A DNA stretch of 64,000 nt from Candidatus Marinacidobacterales bacterium (lineage in GTDB: Bacteria; Acidobacteriota; Vicinamibacteria; Marinacidobacterales; DATDRI01): NCBI GenBank assembly GCA_965226495.1, contig OZ245365.1, forward strand, positions 3,232,001 through 3,296,000, read 5' to 3'. This document shows positions 37,652 through 47,391 of this stretch, piece by piece; position 1 is the stretch's first letter, and every line of letters begins with the position of its first letter. The position numbers and the translations under genes are program-made. Under the pieces are notes generated by a model. That model made no database searches. It had not been told where the DNA came from and was given only the letters and a program-made list of their open reading frames with translations.

Positions 37652-39247
37652 ATGGTTTTTGGCGACCCCCCCTCCGACGCCCTCATCCGAACCGCCTATG
37701 CGCGCGAGGCGGGCGACACGGCTATCCTTTATAAGGGGATGAGCCTGGCCGATATCGCCCACGTCGTCGGCTTGGTGGAGTCCAAGATCATTCCCCGCCA
37801 GGCGGGAGGCGAGCTCTTGTGGGCATTGCTAGAAATCCATCCTTCACCCCCGATGGATTTTGCCGTCGATCCCGGCCGCGGTGATTCCTACTCGAACCGC
37901 GAGGCTTACTTGAGAATGCTCACTCCCTCGGCCGGATGGCTGTCGGCAGGCCGGGCGCGGCGCGAGTCCACGACGACCGGTTATCGAATCGCCGTCCGAG
38001 AGCGGTTGCTGAGCTTGGCCGGAGCACTCGGCGACTGCGCCGCGGCGGCACTCGAGCAATGTGACGCGCATCGAACGACTCTCTTCCCCGACTACACGTA
38101 CCTTCAGCCGGCTCAACCCACCGTGTTCGCGCATTACCTCCTGACGTTCGTCTACCCCATGCTCCGTGATCTAGAGCGTCTCGGTGGCGCCTTCGCGCGT
38201 ACCAATGTCTCGCCGGCCGGCTGCGGCAGCGTGAACGGAAGCCGGCTACCCTTGGACCGCGAGGCGCTTTCCCAAATGCTCGGCTTCGACCGCCCCATCC
38301 CGCACGCACGCGACGCCATGTGGCAGGCGGACGGCCCGATCGAAAACGCGGCACTCATCACCGCGGTGCTCATCAACCTCGACCGCCTGGCCGAAGACCT
38401 GCAGATCTTTTCGACATCCGAGTTCGGGCTCGTCGAGTTGGCCGACCGCCATGCGCGCCCGAGCGTGATCATGCCGCAGAAGAAAAACCCGTACTCGCTC
38501 GCCTATCTCCGAGGGCTTGCCGGGGTTTCCATCGGCACCTTGGCTGCGATGGCTGCGGTCGCCAAGACGCCTTCCGGACAGATCGACAATCGCATGTTCG
38601 CTTATGGCGACGTACCGCGGGCGCTCGATCAAGCGACGGACGCAACACGGTTGATGGCCGACGTGCTCCGAGGGCTCACTGTGAAGACGGATGTCGCTGA
38701 AAATCGAGCCGCACAAGACTTCCTCGGTGCGACCGACTTGGCGGAAGTCATCATGATCGAGTGCGAGATCGACTACAAAACCGCGCACCGTATCGTAGCC
38801 CGAGCCATTCGGGAGGCCCTCGAATCAAACGAAGTAGGCGAATCGGCGCTAGCCATCGAACGACTGGAAGCCGCCGCCGAAGCCACCATCGGAAAAAAAC
38901 TCGGCCTCTCGAAGAAAAGAATTCGCGAGGTGCTCGACCCGGCGAGTATCGTCGCCACGCGCACCGGTATCGGAGGCGCCGCGAGCGAATCGGTGAGCGA
39001 GATGATCGCCGCATGCAGAAATGGCCTGAACGAAAATGAAGCGTGGCGCCTGGAGACGGGAAGGAAACTCGTGGAGGCCGAAACACGATTGGGAATGAAG
39101 GCCACACTACTGAAGATCGTTCCCGCCGAGCCCGCTGAGAAAGACGGCTCGCCTGAATCGCAGCAAGCCGAAACCAGTTCTTGGGAAAAGGAGTTCGAAG
39201 ATCTCCCCAAGATGCCTCCCGGGCGCCGCCGATTTCCAGCCGAATGA
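37652..39247 (+). CDS. Argininosuccinate-lyase-like protein (XcbC-like)
   Basis: AGRARRE, DYTYLQPAQP, SVIMPQKKNP; non-canonical catalytic residues. Confidence 0.8.
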   Translation: MVFGDPPSDALIRTAYAREAGDTAILYKGMSLADIAHVVGLVESKIIPRQAGGELLWALLEIHPSPPMDFAVDPGRGDSYSNREAYLRMLTPSAGWLSAGRARRESTTTGYRIAVRERLLSLAGALGDCAAAALEQCDAHRTTLFPDYTYLQPAQPTVFAHYLLTFVYPMLRDLERLGGAFARTNVSPAGCGSVNGSRLPLDREALSQMLGFDRPIPHARDAMWQADGPIENAALITAVLINLDRLAEDLQIFSTSEFGLVELADRHARPSVIMPQKKNPYSLAYLRGLAGVSIGTLAAMAAVAKTPSGQIDNRMFAYGDVPRALDQATDATRLMADVLRGLTVKTDVAENRAAQDFLGATDLAEVIMIECEIDYKTAHRIVARAIREALESNEVGESALAIERLEAAAEATIGKKLGLSKKRIREVLDPASIVATRTGIGGAASESVSEMIAACRNGLNENEAWRLETGRKLVEAETRLGMKATLLKIVPAEPAEKDGSPESQQAETSSWEKEFEDLPKMPPGRRRFPAE

Positions 39248-39271
39248 GCGCTCGAGTCAAATCTTAATTTT

Positions 39272-40663
39272 ATGCCATCTCACATCTCCGATTCGCTGAT
39301 CTACCGGAGCTCATGGGGCACCGAGGAAACGCGTGCGATATTCGACGACGAGCCCCGAACCCGCGCTTGGCTCGAGATCCTGGCCGTGCTGGCGGAAAGC
39401 CAAGCGGAAGTAGGTCTCATCCCTGCCGGTGATGCCAAGAAAGTAGCGCGCGCTTGCCGAGAGATGACGCTCGACACCGAGTTCTTCGAGGAGGTCCGGA
39501 AGGGTTTCGAGGAGACCAATCACACCACGCTCGGCCTCATTCGCGCCGTCCAACGCCGTTGCCCCGACGGCTCGGGCGAATGGGTCTACTACGGTGCCAC
39601 CGTACAAGACGTCGTCGACACCTGGACCATGATGACGGTCGCGCAAGTATGGTCCATCGCGTTCCGGGAGCTGAAAGCGCTCGAAGAGAATCTCCTTAGG
39701 CTCGCGGAGACTCACAAAGATACGGTAATGCCCGGTCGTACGCACGGCCAGCCCGGACTCCCCATCACCTTTGGTTTCAAGGCGGCAGTCTGGGCGAGCG
39801 AGACCCGACGCCACATCGCGCGCCTCAAAGACATTAGAAGTCGCATCGGAGTGGGTCAGCTCGTCGGCGGTGTAGGCAGCATGTCCTCCTTGGGTCCGCA
39901 GGCTTTCACGTTGCAAGAGAAGTTCTGTTCTCGCCTAGGGCTTCGACCGTCGGATATCTCATGGACCACCGCGCGCGACGTCTTTGTAGAATGGTTCCAG
40001 CTGCTAACCCTCATCTCCGGTACCGCAGACAAAATGGGGCATGAGATCTACAACCTGCAGCGTCCCGAGATCGGTGAGGTGACCGAAGGTTTCGTACCGG
40101 GAACGGTGGGGAGCATCACGATGCCGCACAAGCGCAACCCCGAAATCGCGGAGCACCTGGGCACGCTGGCGAGAGTAATTCGTCACAACACGGCGCTCCT
40201 GTCAGAATCTCAAGTTCACGACCACGAGCGGGACGGGCGAGCTTGGAAGTCGGAGTGGGCGGTTCTGGCCGAGACATCGATGGCGGCGGCAAAGCTTCTC
40301 GAGTTGACCAACACGATGATCCAACATCTCGACGTCCACGCCGACCGAGCGCTCGCCAATCTGGAAGCGAGCAAGGGCTTCGTGCTGTCGGAAGCCGTCA
40401 TGCTGAAGCTAGCGGAGCACGTTGGCAAGCAAAGCGCTCACACATTAATGTACGAGACCGCGATGAAGGCGCATGAGGCAGATCGTCCGCTAAAGGACGC
40501 CGTCTTAGAAAATGATGCCATCCGCAAGCACCTGTCCGCGGAGACCATCGAGGCTCTTTTCGACTACCGGCGACATACAGGCTTCTGTAGCGAGCAAGTC
40601 GATCGGGTGCTGGCGCGAGCCAAGAAGGAGAGGGAGAGGGAGAGGGAGAGCGACTCGAAATGA
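39272..40663 (+). CDS. Adenylosuccinate-lyase-like protein (XcbD-like)
   Basis: YGATVQD, GRTHGQ..PITFGFK, GSITMPHKRNPE, HDHERDG. Confidence 0.8.
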   Translation: MPSHISDSLIYRSSWGTEETRAIFDDEPRTRAWLEILAVLAESQAEVGLIPAGDAKKVARACREMTLDTEFFEEVRKGFEETNHTTLGLIRAVQRRCPDGSGEWVYYGATVQDVVDTWTMMTVAQVWSIAFRELKALEENLLRLAETHKDTVMPGRTHGQPGLPITFGFKAAVWASETRRHIARLKDIRSRIGVGQLVGGVGSMSSLGPQAFTLQEKFCSRLGLRPSDISWTTARDVFVEWFQLLTLISGTADKMGHEIYNLQRPEIGEVTEGFVPGTVGSITMPHKRNPEIAEHLGTLARVIRHNTALLSESQVHDHERDGRAWKSEWAVLAETSMAAAKLLELTNTMIQHLDVHADRALANLEASKGFVLSEAVMLKLAEHVGKQSAHTLMYETAMKAHEADRPLKDAVLENDAIRKHLSAETIEALFDYRRHTGFCSEQVDRVLARAKKERERERESDSK

Positions 40664-41073
40664 AACCCTGTTTCTACATCGGGTTGGCACTGATTCTATT
40701 CACGTTGGGAGGGTGTGGCAACGGAGAAGGCACCAAGAGTGGCGAAACCAACATCAAACCCCTCCCCACCGGCAACCCGACAGACGGAGAAAGCGTCTTC
40801 TTGGGCACGTGTATCAAATGCCACGGCAAAGATGCGACCGGGATCGAAGGTTCAGGAACCAATCTGACCATCAGCGAGTTCGTCAAAGCTCATACTGATG
40901 CCGAGTTGGTGGAGTACATCAAGACCGGACGCGCGATGAACGACGCGCTCAACACGACGGGGATCGCGATGCCCCCGTACGGCGCCAATCCAATGCTAAC
41001 CGATCAGGATCTCGCCGACGTCGTGGCTTACTTACGAGCCGTTCAGCGTGCACCCGATTCACCGACGAACTGA
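40660..41073 (+). CDS. Lipoprotein monoheme cytochrome c
   Basis: Lipobox LGGC, CIKCH, distal MPP. ATGA overlap with the xcbD-like gene. Confidence 0.85.
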   Translation: MKPCFYIGLALILFTLGGCGNGEGTKSGETNIKPLPTGNPTDGESVFLGTCIKCHGKDATGIEGSGTNLTISEFVKAHTDAELVEYIKTGRAMNDALNTTGIAMPPYGANPMLTDQDLADVVAYLRAVQRAPDSPTN

Positions 41074-41087
41074 GGAAAAACATACCC

Positions 41088-42083
41088 ATGTCGACTCCCA
41101 CTCGTTTCGAGCTAGGCATTTTTCCCACACCTCTCGTCGAGGCCTCGCGCTTATCGCAAGCCCTCGAGGGTCCACGCATCCTTATCAAGCGCGACGACCT
41201 CACGGGTTTCGGCTTCGGTGGCAACAAAGTACGTGGACTCGAGTATTCCATCGCGGACGCCATCGCGCAGAAAACCGATGTCGTCGTCACCGGAGCGGGC
41301 CCCCAATCGAACCACATCCGCGCCACCGCGGCCGCGGCGCGAGCGGCGGGGCTCGATGTGGTCGCCGTCATGCACGGTGACCGGCCCGCCGAGACGCAGG
41401 GCAATTTTCTTCTCGATCAATGGCTAGATGTCGAGATCCGTTTCACTAACGATCCCGACCGCAGCCTCTTAGATCAGAAGATCGAGGAAGTCGCCGAGGA
41501 GCTCCGGCAATCGGGGCGACGACCGTATGTCATTCCGCGGGGCGGTTCTTCGGGACTCAGTGCCTGCGGTTACGTGCAGTGTGCCCGTGAAATGGGGGAG
41601 CAGCTCGTAGACCGCGGCGCCAGACCCCACTGGCTGGTCATCGCAACCGGGGGCGGTGGCACGCATGCGGGTCTCCTTGCCGGTTCGAAGATTTACGATG
41701 CACCGTATCGCATTCTCGGCGTCACGGTGAGCCGTCCGCCGGAGGAGTGCGAGGAACGCATCGGACGCCTGGCGCGTGAGGCGGCGAAGCTCGTCCGGCC
41801 TCAAGGTGATCCTATCCAGATCGCTCCCGACGACATCTCTGTCCGTGACGGCTTCATCGGCGAGGGGTACGGCATTCCCTCGCCGGAAGGCATCGAAGCC
41901 ATCCGCCTGCTAAGCCGGACAGAAGGAATGTTCTTGGATCCCGTCTATACCGGCAAGGCCATGGCCGGCCTTATTGGTGAGATCCGAGCGGGGCGCATTA
42001 GGAAGGGCGAGACGGTCGTCTTCGTTCACACCGGAGGAGAGCCTGCCCTCTTTGCCTACCCGGAGATCGCAACGCGTTCATGA
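41088..42083 (+). CDS. PLP-dependent D-cysteine-desulfhydrase-like protein (XcbE-like)
   Basis: KRDDLTG..GGNKVR, QSNH, DPVYTGK, HTGG. Confidence 0.85.
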   Translation: MSTPTRFELGIFPTPLVEASRLSQALEGPRILIKRDDLTGFGFGGNKVRGLEYSIADAIAQKTDVVVTGAGPQSNHIRATAAAARAAGLDVVAVMHGDRPAETQGNFLLDQWLDVEIRFTNDPDRSLLDQKIEEVAEELRQSGRRPYVIPRGGSSGLSACGYVQCAREMGEQLVDRGARPHWLVIATGGGGTHAGLLAGSKIYDAPYRILGVTVSRPPEECEERIGRLAREAAKLVRPQGDPIQIAPDDISVRDGFIGEGYGIPSPEGIEAIRLLSRTEGMFLDPVYTGKAMAGLIGEIRAGRIRKGETVVFVHTGGEPALFAYPEIATRS

Positions 42084-42122
42084 AAAGCAGCCTGCCCGCT
42101 GCGATTTACCTGATTGCCGCCC

Positions 42123-42593
42123 TCATACCAACCGGTGGCGCACCGCACGAAGAGTCTCGTCGCTCTCGTCGAACGCCAGAGTCTTCGCCGCTTGCAGTAG
42201 ACCCTCGACCTGTGCCGCTTCGTGCCCCCAGGAGTCACCCGCGAATAAAACCGGCAAGTAGGCGGTGCGAGCGAGGCCGGTAAGATCCTCTTCTTGGATA
42301 TCAATCGAGCCAAGAGCCGTGTGGTCAATCCTTGGCACCGAGAGCGTGACCGCCCTCTGACGATGGGTCTCGAGATCGGCGATCACCTCGGGTAAGGCTA
42401 CGATGATGAGTTGGACCGGGCGGCCGAGGTGTGTTCGTCCAATGGTCTCCACACGCACCCGCGGGCTCTTCTCGAGCTCTGCTAGTGTCGAGGCGAAACT
42501 TCGATCGACGAGCAGCACTTCTGCAGGAGGCTGCGTGCTCTCGGCTTGTGATCCACCAGCCGCCAACAAAAGGGCCAGCACTTGAAAGGTCAT
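42123..42593 (-). pseudogene. Truncated secreted M14 zinc carboxypeptidase (N-terminal part only)
   Basis: Signal peptide, IGRTHLGRP, WGHEAA; ends after about 156 aa against the xcbE-like gene. Confidence 0.55.
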
Positions 42594-42737
42594 CTTGATT
42601 CCCTCCGGCGGCTTGACGGTCTGTCGGCCTGTCAGGCGAACCCGGGTACCACACTCTATACATCCTATTTGACCGATGGAAGCCAAGACAAATAGAATAC
42701 GCCCGCTCCAGGAAGGGATTTAGGAGAAGGACCCACG

Positions 42738-45700
42738 ATGAACAATTCTTACACTCACCGAACAGCTTTCATCGGCGCTCTAGTGCTGATCGCGATGGTG
42801 CCCCGGGTCGCTGCCGAGCCCTATGATCCGGATGTTTACCAAAATCTGGAGTGGCGTTTCATCGGTCCTTATCGCGGCGGCCGCGTGACGACCGCGGTAG
42901 GTGTCCCTGGACAAGCCAACGTCTACTACCAAGGGGCAACCGGCGGCGGCGTTTGGAAAACCACCGATGCTGGACTTTCTTGGAAAAACGTCTCTGACGG
43001 TTTTCTCAAGACCGGCTCGGTGGGCGCGATCGCCGTAGCTCCATCCGATCCCAACGTCGTGTACGTGGGCATGGGAGAGGTTTGCATTCGGAGCAACTTC
43101 TCGCACGGAGACGGGGTCTACAAATCGACCGATGCCGGTAAAACCTGGACGCATGTCGGGCTCTCTGACTCGCGGCAAATCGGTCAGATCCGCGTCCATC
43201 CCGAAAACCCCGACCTGGTCTACGTCGCGGCGCTGGGTCACGTCTTCGGCCCCAACGAAGAGCGAGGCGTATTTCGGTCCAAGGACGGGGGGACGTCGTG
43301 GGAGAAAGTCCTTTACATAGATGACAAGACCGGCGCGGTCGATTTGAGCCTGGATGTTACGAACCCCAACGTCATCTACGCAGCTATGTGGCAAGTCATT
43401 CGAAAACCATGGGGCATCCTTCCGCATGGGCCTGGAAGCGGTATCTACAAAACGACGAACGGTGGAGATTCCTGGGAAGAGCTCACCCGCGGCCTGCCAG
43501 GGACGGGTCTCGGAAGGATCGGCGTTTCGGTCTCTCCCGTCAATCCCAACCGAGTGTGGGCGCTGGTCGAGGCTGACGGCGGGGATCTCTTTCTTTCCGA
43601 CGACGCCAGCGTCTCTTGGACTATGGTCAACGACGATTTTCATTTACAGCGGCGACCTTATTACTACGGCCACATCTATGCCGATACTCAAGAGGTCGAC
43701 TCTGTCTACGTCCTCACCTCTCCCTTCATGAAGTCGATAGACGCGGGGAAGTCCTTCGCGCATATCGAAGTGCCTCACGGGGATAACCACGACCTTTGGA
43801 TCGCGCCCGACGACAACAACCGCATGATCAACGCCAACGATGGTGGCGCAAACGTATCCTTCGACGGAGGAAAGAGCTGGAGTCGAATCGATAACCAGCC
43901 TACCGCTCAGTTCTATTGGGTCATCACGGACGACCGGTTCCCCTATCGTGTTTACGGTGCCCAACAGGACAATACGACAGTCTCGATCGCAAGCCGGACG
44001 GCAACCCCCGGAATCGCGGCGAGTGATTGGTATGCGGTGGCGGGGGGCGAGAGCGGCTACATTGCTCCCAAACCGGGAGCTCCCGACGTAACCTACGGGG
44101 GCAGCTATTGGGGATTGATGACGCGTCACGATCGCCGCACCGGCGAAAATCGTGACGTTTCGCCTTGGCCGGCTCGGCCGATGGGGCGCGTGGGAGCGGA
44201 TCTGAAGTACCGCTTCAACTGGACGTATCCTATTGTGATCTCGCCGCATGATCCCAACACGATCTTTGCCGGGGCGAACGTCGTCTTCCGCTCCACCAAC
44301 GAAGGGCAGAGCTGGGAAGTGGTCAGCCCGGACCTAACTCATGACGACAAAAGCAAGCAGCGGCTGGGTCGACTCTCCGACTTCTACTGCACGATCACTT
44401 CGATCGCCGAGTCGAAGCTCCAAAAGGATTTGCTCTGGGTGGGGTCCGACGACGGAAGAGTTCACCTGACACGGAATGGCGGGCAAGAGTGGCTAGAGGT
44501 CACGCCTTCAGAAATGGAAGCGTGGAGCCGGATAAACGTCATTGAACCCTCGCCTCATGACGCGGGCTCGGCGTACTTGGCGGTGAACCGATACCAGCTC
44601 GACGACTACCGACCGTATGTTTACAAGACCAAGGACTTTGGAAGCAGCTGGAAGCGGGTGGCGAAAGGTATCCCCGAAAACGCGTTCGTCAGAACGGTGC
44701 GCGAAGATCCCAAACGCAGAGGGCTCCTTTACGCCGGTACTGAAACGGGCGTCTACGTATCTTTCGACGACGGAGAGAACTGGCAGTCGCTGCGAGGCAA
44801 CTTGCCGATCGTGCCGATTACCGACCTCGCGGTCAAGAACGATGACCTCGTCGCCGCCACTCAAGGCCGCGCTTTCTGGATCTTGGATGATCTGACACCG
44901 CTCCATCAGCTCACGCCAGAGATCGCCGCATCTCCTTTCTTCCTATTCGAGCCACGCGACGCATACCGGGTGAGGAAACACCGCTCCTTTCTCCGAGACC
45001 CGAACACGGGTCAGAATCCCCCCGACGGCGTCATCGTGGACTATTTACTGCGAGATAGTTCAGGCGTAGTGACTCTCGAGTTCCTCGACGCCGATGGCGG
45101 CACGATCCAGTCCTTAAACAGCTCGGACCAGGAATCGAACGTCACTGTGGAACCAGGACTCAATCGTTTCGTCTGGGATATGCGCTATCCCGATGGCACG
45201 GATCTCACAAATGGCAGTCATCTATTCGGCGGCAATCTCCGTGGGCCCATGGCCGTCCCAGGCACTTACCAGGTCCGCCTAGCGGTAAGCGGTGAAACGA
45301 CGAGTGCTTCGTTCGACATCAGAAAAGATCCAAGGGTTACCGCCACCCGTGAGGATCTTCAGGCTCAGTTCGACTTGCTCATCGCCATCCGTGATGGTGT
45401 GAGCGACGCCCACACCGCGGCCAACCAGATCCTCGCCGCTAAGGAACACGTCCAGAACTTATCGACTGAGGACGCGAACATAGAGACCCAAGCAAGGGAG
45501 GTTGACCTGAAGCTCACCGCAGTCCTGGACGAGCTGGTGGAGCTGCGCTTCCGTGGCATCGACGACCAGATGCTCGTCTACCCGCTGCAGCTAAACGCAA
45601 AGATCGTGTCTTTACAGCGAGTGGTTGCTAGCGCAGAACGCCGGCCCACCGATCAGTCCGTGGAAGTCTTTAGAGTGTTACGGTCTCAGCTCGACACGCA

Positions 45701-45800
45701 ACTCAGGAAGCTCGACGCGATCATAGCGGACGAGGTCAAGGCCCTCAACCGAGCGCTCAGGAAGAGCGGCCTCCGCGAATTGAGAACGGACCTGGAATAA
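42738..45800 (+). CDS. Secreted VPS10/BNR-repeat glycosyl-hydrolase-like protein
   Basis: WRFIGPYRGGR and many S/TxDxGxxW Asp-boxes. Confidence 0.88.
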   Translation: MNNSYTHRTAFIGALVLIAMVPRVAAEPYDPDVYQNLEWRFIGPYRGGRVTTAVGVPGQANVYYQGATGGGVWKTTDAGLSWKNVSDGFLKTGSVGAIAVAPSDPNVVYVGMGEVCIRSNFSHGDGVYKSTDAGKTWTHVGLSDSRQIGQIRVHPENPDLVYVAALGHVFGPNEERGVFRSKDGGTSWEKVLYIDDKTGAVDLSLDVTNPNVIYAAMWQVIRKPWGILPHGPGSGIYKTTNGGDSWEELTRGLPGTGLGRIGVSVSPVNPNRVWALVEADGGDLFLSDDASVSWTMVNDDFHLQRRPYYYGHIYADTQEVDSVYVLTSPFMKSIDAGKSFAHIEVPHGDNHDLWIAPDDNNRMINANDGGANVSFDGGKSWSRIDNQPTAQFYWVITDDRFPYRVYGAQQDNTTVSIASRTATPGIAASDWYAVAGGESGYIAPKPGAPDVTYGGSYWGLMTRHDRRTGENRDVSPWPARPMGRVGADLKYRFNWTYPIVISPHDPNTIFAGANVVFRSTNEGQSWEVVSPDLTHDDKSKQRLGRLSDFYCTITSIAESKLQKDLLWVGSDDGRVHLTRNGGQEWLEVTPSEMEAWSRINVIEPSPHDAGSAYLAVNRYQLDDYRPYVYKTKDFGSSWKRVAKGIPENAFVRTVREDPKRRGLLYAGTETGVYVSFDDGENWQSLRGNLPIVPITDLAVKNDDLVAATQGRAFWILDDLTPLHQLTPEIAASPFFLFEPRDAYRVRKHRSFLRDPNTGQNPPDGVIVDYLLRDSSGVVTLEFLDADGGTIQSLNSSDQESNVTVEPGLNRFVWDMRYPDGTDLTNGSHLFGGNLRGPMAVPGTYQVRLAVSGETTSASFDIRKDPRVTATREDLQAQFDLLIAIRDGVSDAHTAANQILAAKEHVQNLSTEDANIETQAREVDLKLTAVLDELVELRFRGIDDQMLVYPLQLNAKIVSLQRVVASAERRPTDQSVEVFRVLRSQLDTQLRKLDAIIADEVKALNRALRKSGLRELRTDLE

Positions 45801-45986
45801 GGGAAGGTCTGGCCCCCTGGCTGTACGGACCGATATTGGCGGGCACCGCCGGTTATCTGGCGGTCTGCCTGGACGACGAAGTCTGGGAAGTTGTGGCCAC
45901 ACCTTTTTGGAAGCGGAGTTAGGCTGCGCCTCTGTCAAACGACGTAGAGCATGTTTCTGGAAACGTGCTAGCATGTAGCCCGCCTT

Positions 45987-46394
45987 ATGATTAAGCACAA
46001 GCCACTCTTCACGTCAGAGGCCCTCACCCGAGGCGTTCGGGTGCACGTCGTCTGCAAGTACTCCCCCGACCACTCTCAGCCTCAAGTGAACCGCTGGTTC
46101 TTCCTCTACACCGTCAAGATCGCGAACGAAGGAACGGCGCCGGTTCAGCTGGTGAGCCGTCATTGGATCATCGAAGACGCCGACGGCAACGTGGAGGAAG
46201 TTCGGGGACCGGGTGTGGTGGGGCAGCAGCCTGAGCTCGCTCCCGGTGAGTCCTTTCAATACACGTCGGGCTGCCCGCTCGCAACCCCGTTCGGGTCGAT
46301 GCGCGGCACGTACCAAATGGTGTCCGAAGAAGGCGCCAGCTTCGACGCGGAGATCGCTCCCTTTACCCTCAGCGAGCCTTATACGATTCACTAA
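45987..46394 (+). CDS. apaG: ApaG protein
   Basis: QLVSRHWII, GPGVVGQQP, YTSGCPL.TPFGSM. Confidence 0.92.
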   Translation: MIKHKPLFTSEALTRGVRVHVVCKYSPDHSQPQVNRWFFLYTVKIANEGTAPVQLVSRHWIIEDADGNVEEVRGPGVVGQQPELAPGESFQYTSGCPLATPFGSMRGTYQMVSEEGASFDAEIAPFTLSEPYTIH

Positions 46395-46465
46395 CGCGCC
46401 ACCATTTACTTGTTGATGGGCTCTAATCCCCAGGAGATCGTTTCGAGGAGCTCCGTCCGTTTCGG

Positions 46466-47293
46466 ATGAGCGAAAAACTAATGGCGCCAAAGAAGAAGAA
46501 ACTCACCGCAAGAAATGCTGACAAACACTGGCTGTATGAGCAGAGCGTCCAAGCGCCCGAGGCGGACACCCGGTTCTTCGCTCGTTATTACAAGAAACTC
46601 ACCGGTCGGAACGCTCGCGTCATGCGAGAGGACTTTTGCGGCACCTCCCAGCTCTCGTGCCACTGGGTCAAGCTCCACGGAGAAAACCGCGCTATTGGTG
46701 TGGATCTCGATGCCTCGGTATTGAAGTGGGCACGCACGAACAACGTCAGCCTGCTGACCGAAGATCAGCGACGGCGCCTGCGCTTGATCCGAAATAACGT
46801 GCTCGCGGTTCGCCATCCGAAGGCCGACATCGTGGCGGCCATGAACTTCAGTTATTCGGTGTTCCAAACCCGCGAAACGCTCGGCGCATACATCAAGAAC
46901 GCCTACCGGTCACTGAACAAGCACGGTGTCCTGTGTATGGATGCGTGGGGCGGTGCCGACACACTCATCACCACCGTAGAGAAACGCCGACAGCAGGGTT
47001 TTACGTACGTTTGGGACCAAGTCGATTTCGATCCGATCACGTTTCACATCCTTTGCAAGATCCACTTCGAGTTCCGTGACGGCTCGCGGATGCGCAACGC
47101 GTTCATTTACGATTGGCGCCTGTGGACATTGCCGGAAATGCAGGAGCTCATGGTCGAGGCTGGGTTCAAAGACGTGCACGTGCTCTGGGAAGGAACCGAA
47201 CGTAGCACGGGCGAGGGTAACGGTGCGTTTCGCCGCACCGAAAAAGGAGGCGACGAGGCGGCATGGATCGCCTACGTCGTCGGAAAAAAATGA
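46466..47293 (+). CDS. Class I SAM-dependent methyltransferase
   Basis: LYEQSVQ, REDFCGT, GVDLD, AMNFSY. Confidence 0.8.
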   Translation: MSEKLMAPKKKKLTARNADKHWLYEQSVQAPEADTRFFARYYKKLTGRNARVMREDFCGTSQLSCHWVKLHGENRAIGVDLDASVLKWARTNNVSLLTEDQRRRLRLIRNNVLAVRHPKADIVAAMNFSYSVFQTRETLGAYIKNAYRSLNKHGVLCMDAWGGADTLITTVEKRRQQGFTYVWDQVDFDPITFHILCKIHFEFRDGSRMRNAFIYDWRLWTLPEMQELMVEAGFKDVHVLWEGTERSTGEGNGAFRRTEKGGDEAAWIAYVVGKK

Positions 47294-47391
47294 TGGTTTC
47301 CCTCCTCTATTCCTCTCCCTCTAGGCCTTGCGGCCGTCAAAATATGTTGTGCCAGCAAAAGAGGTGGCCAGACGGCGGTGAGGGGTGACAG

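Noticed and set aside
40627-40650. GGAGAG hexamer run as a phase-variation tract
   Set aside because: The unit is in frame, encodes ERERER at the C-terminus and overlaps the next gene's RBS region. Slippage would not shift the frame.
37652-40663. Housekeeping argH and purB
   Set aside because: Catalytic signatures are altered, and the genes sit between comA and a desulfhydrase rather than among arg or pur genes.
41088-42083. ACC deaminase (acdS)
   Set aside because: It has DPVYTGK and HTGG rather than the Glu (DPVYEGK) and Leu (HLGG) diagnostic of AcdS.
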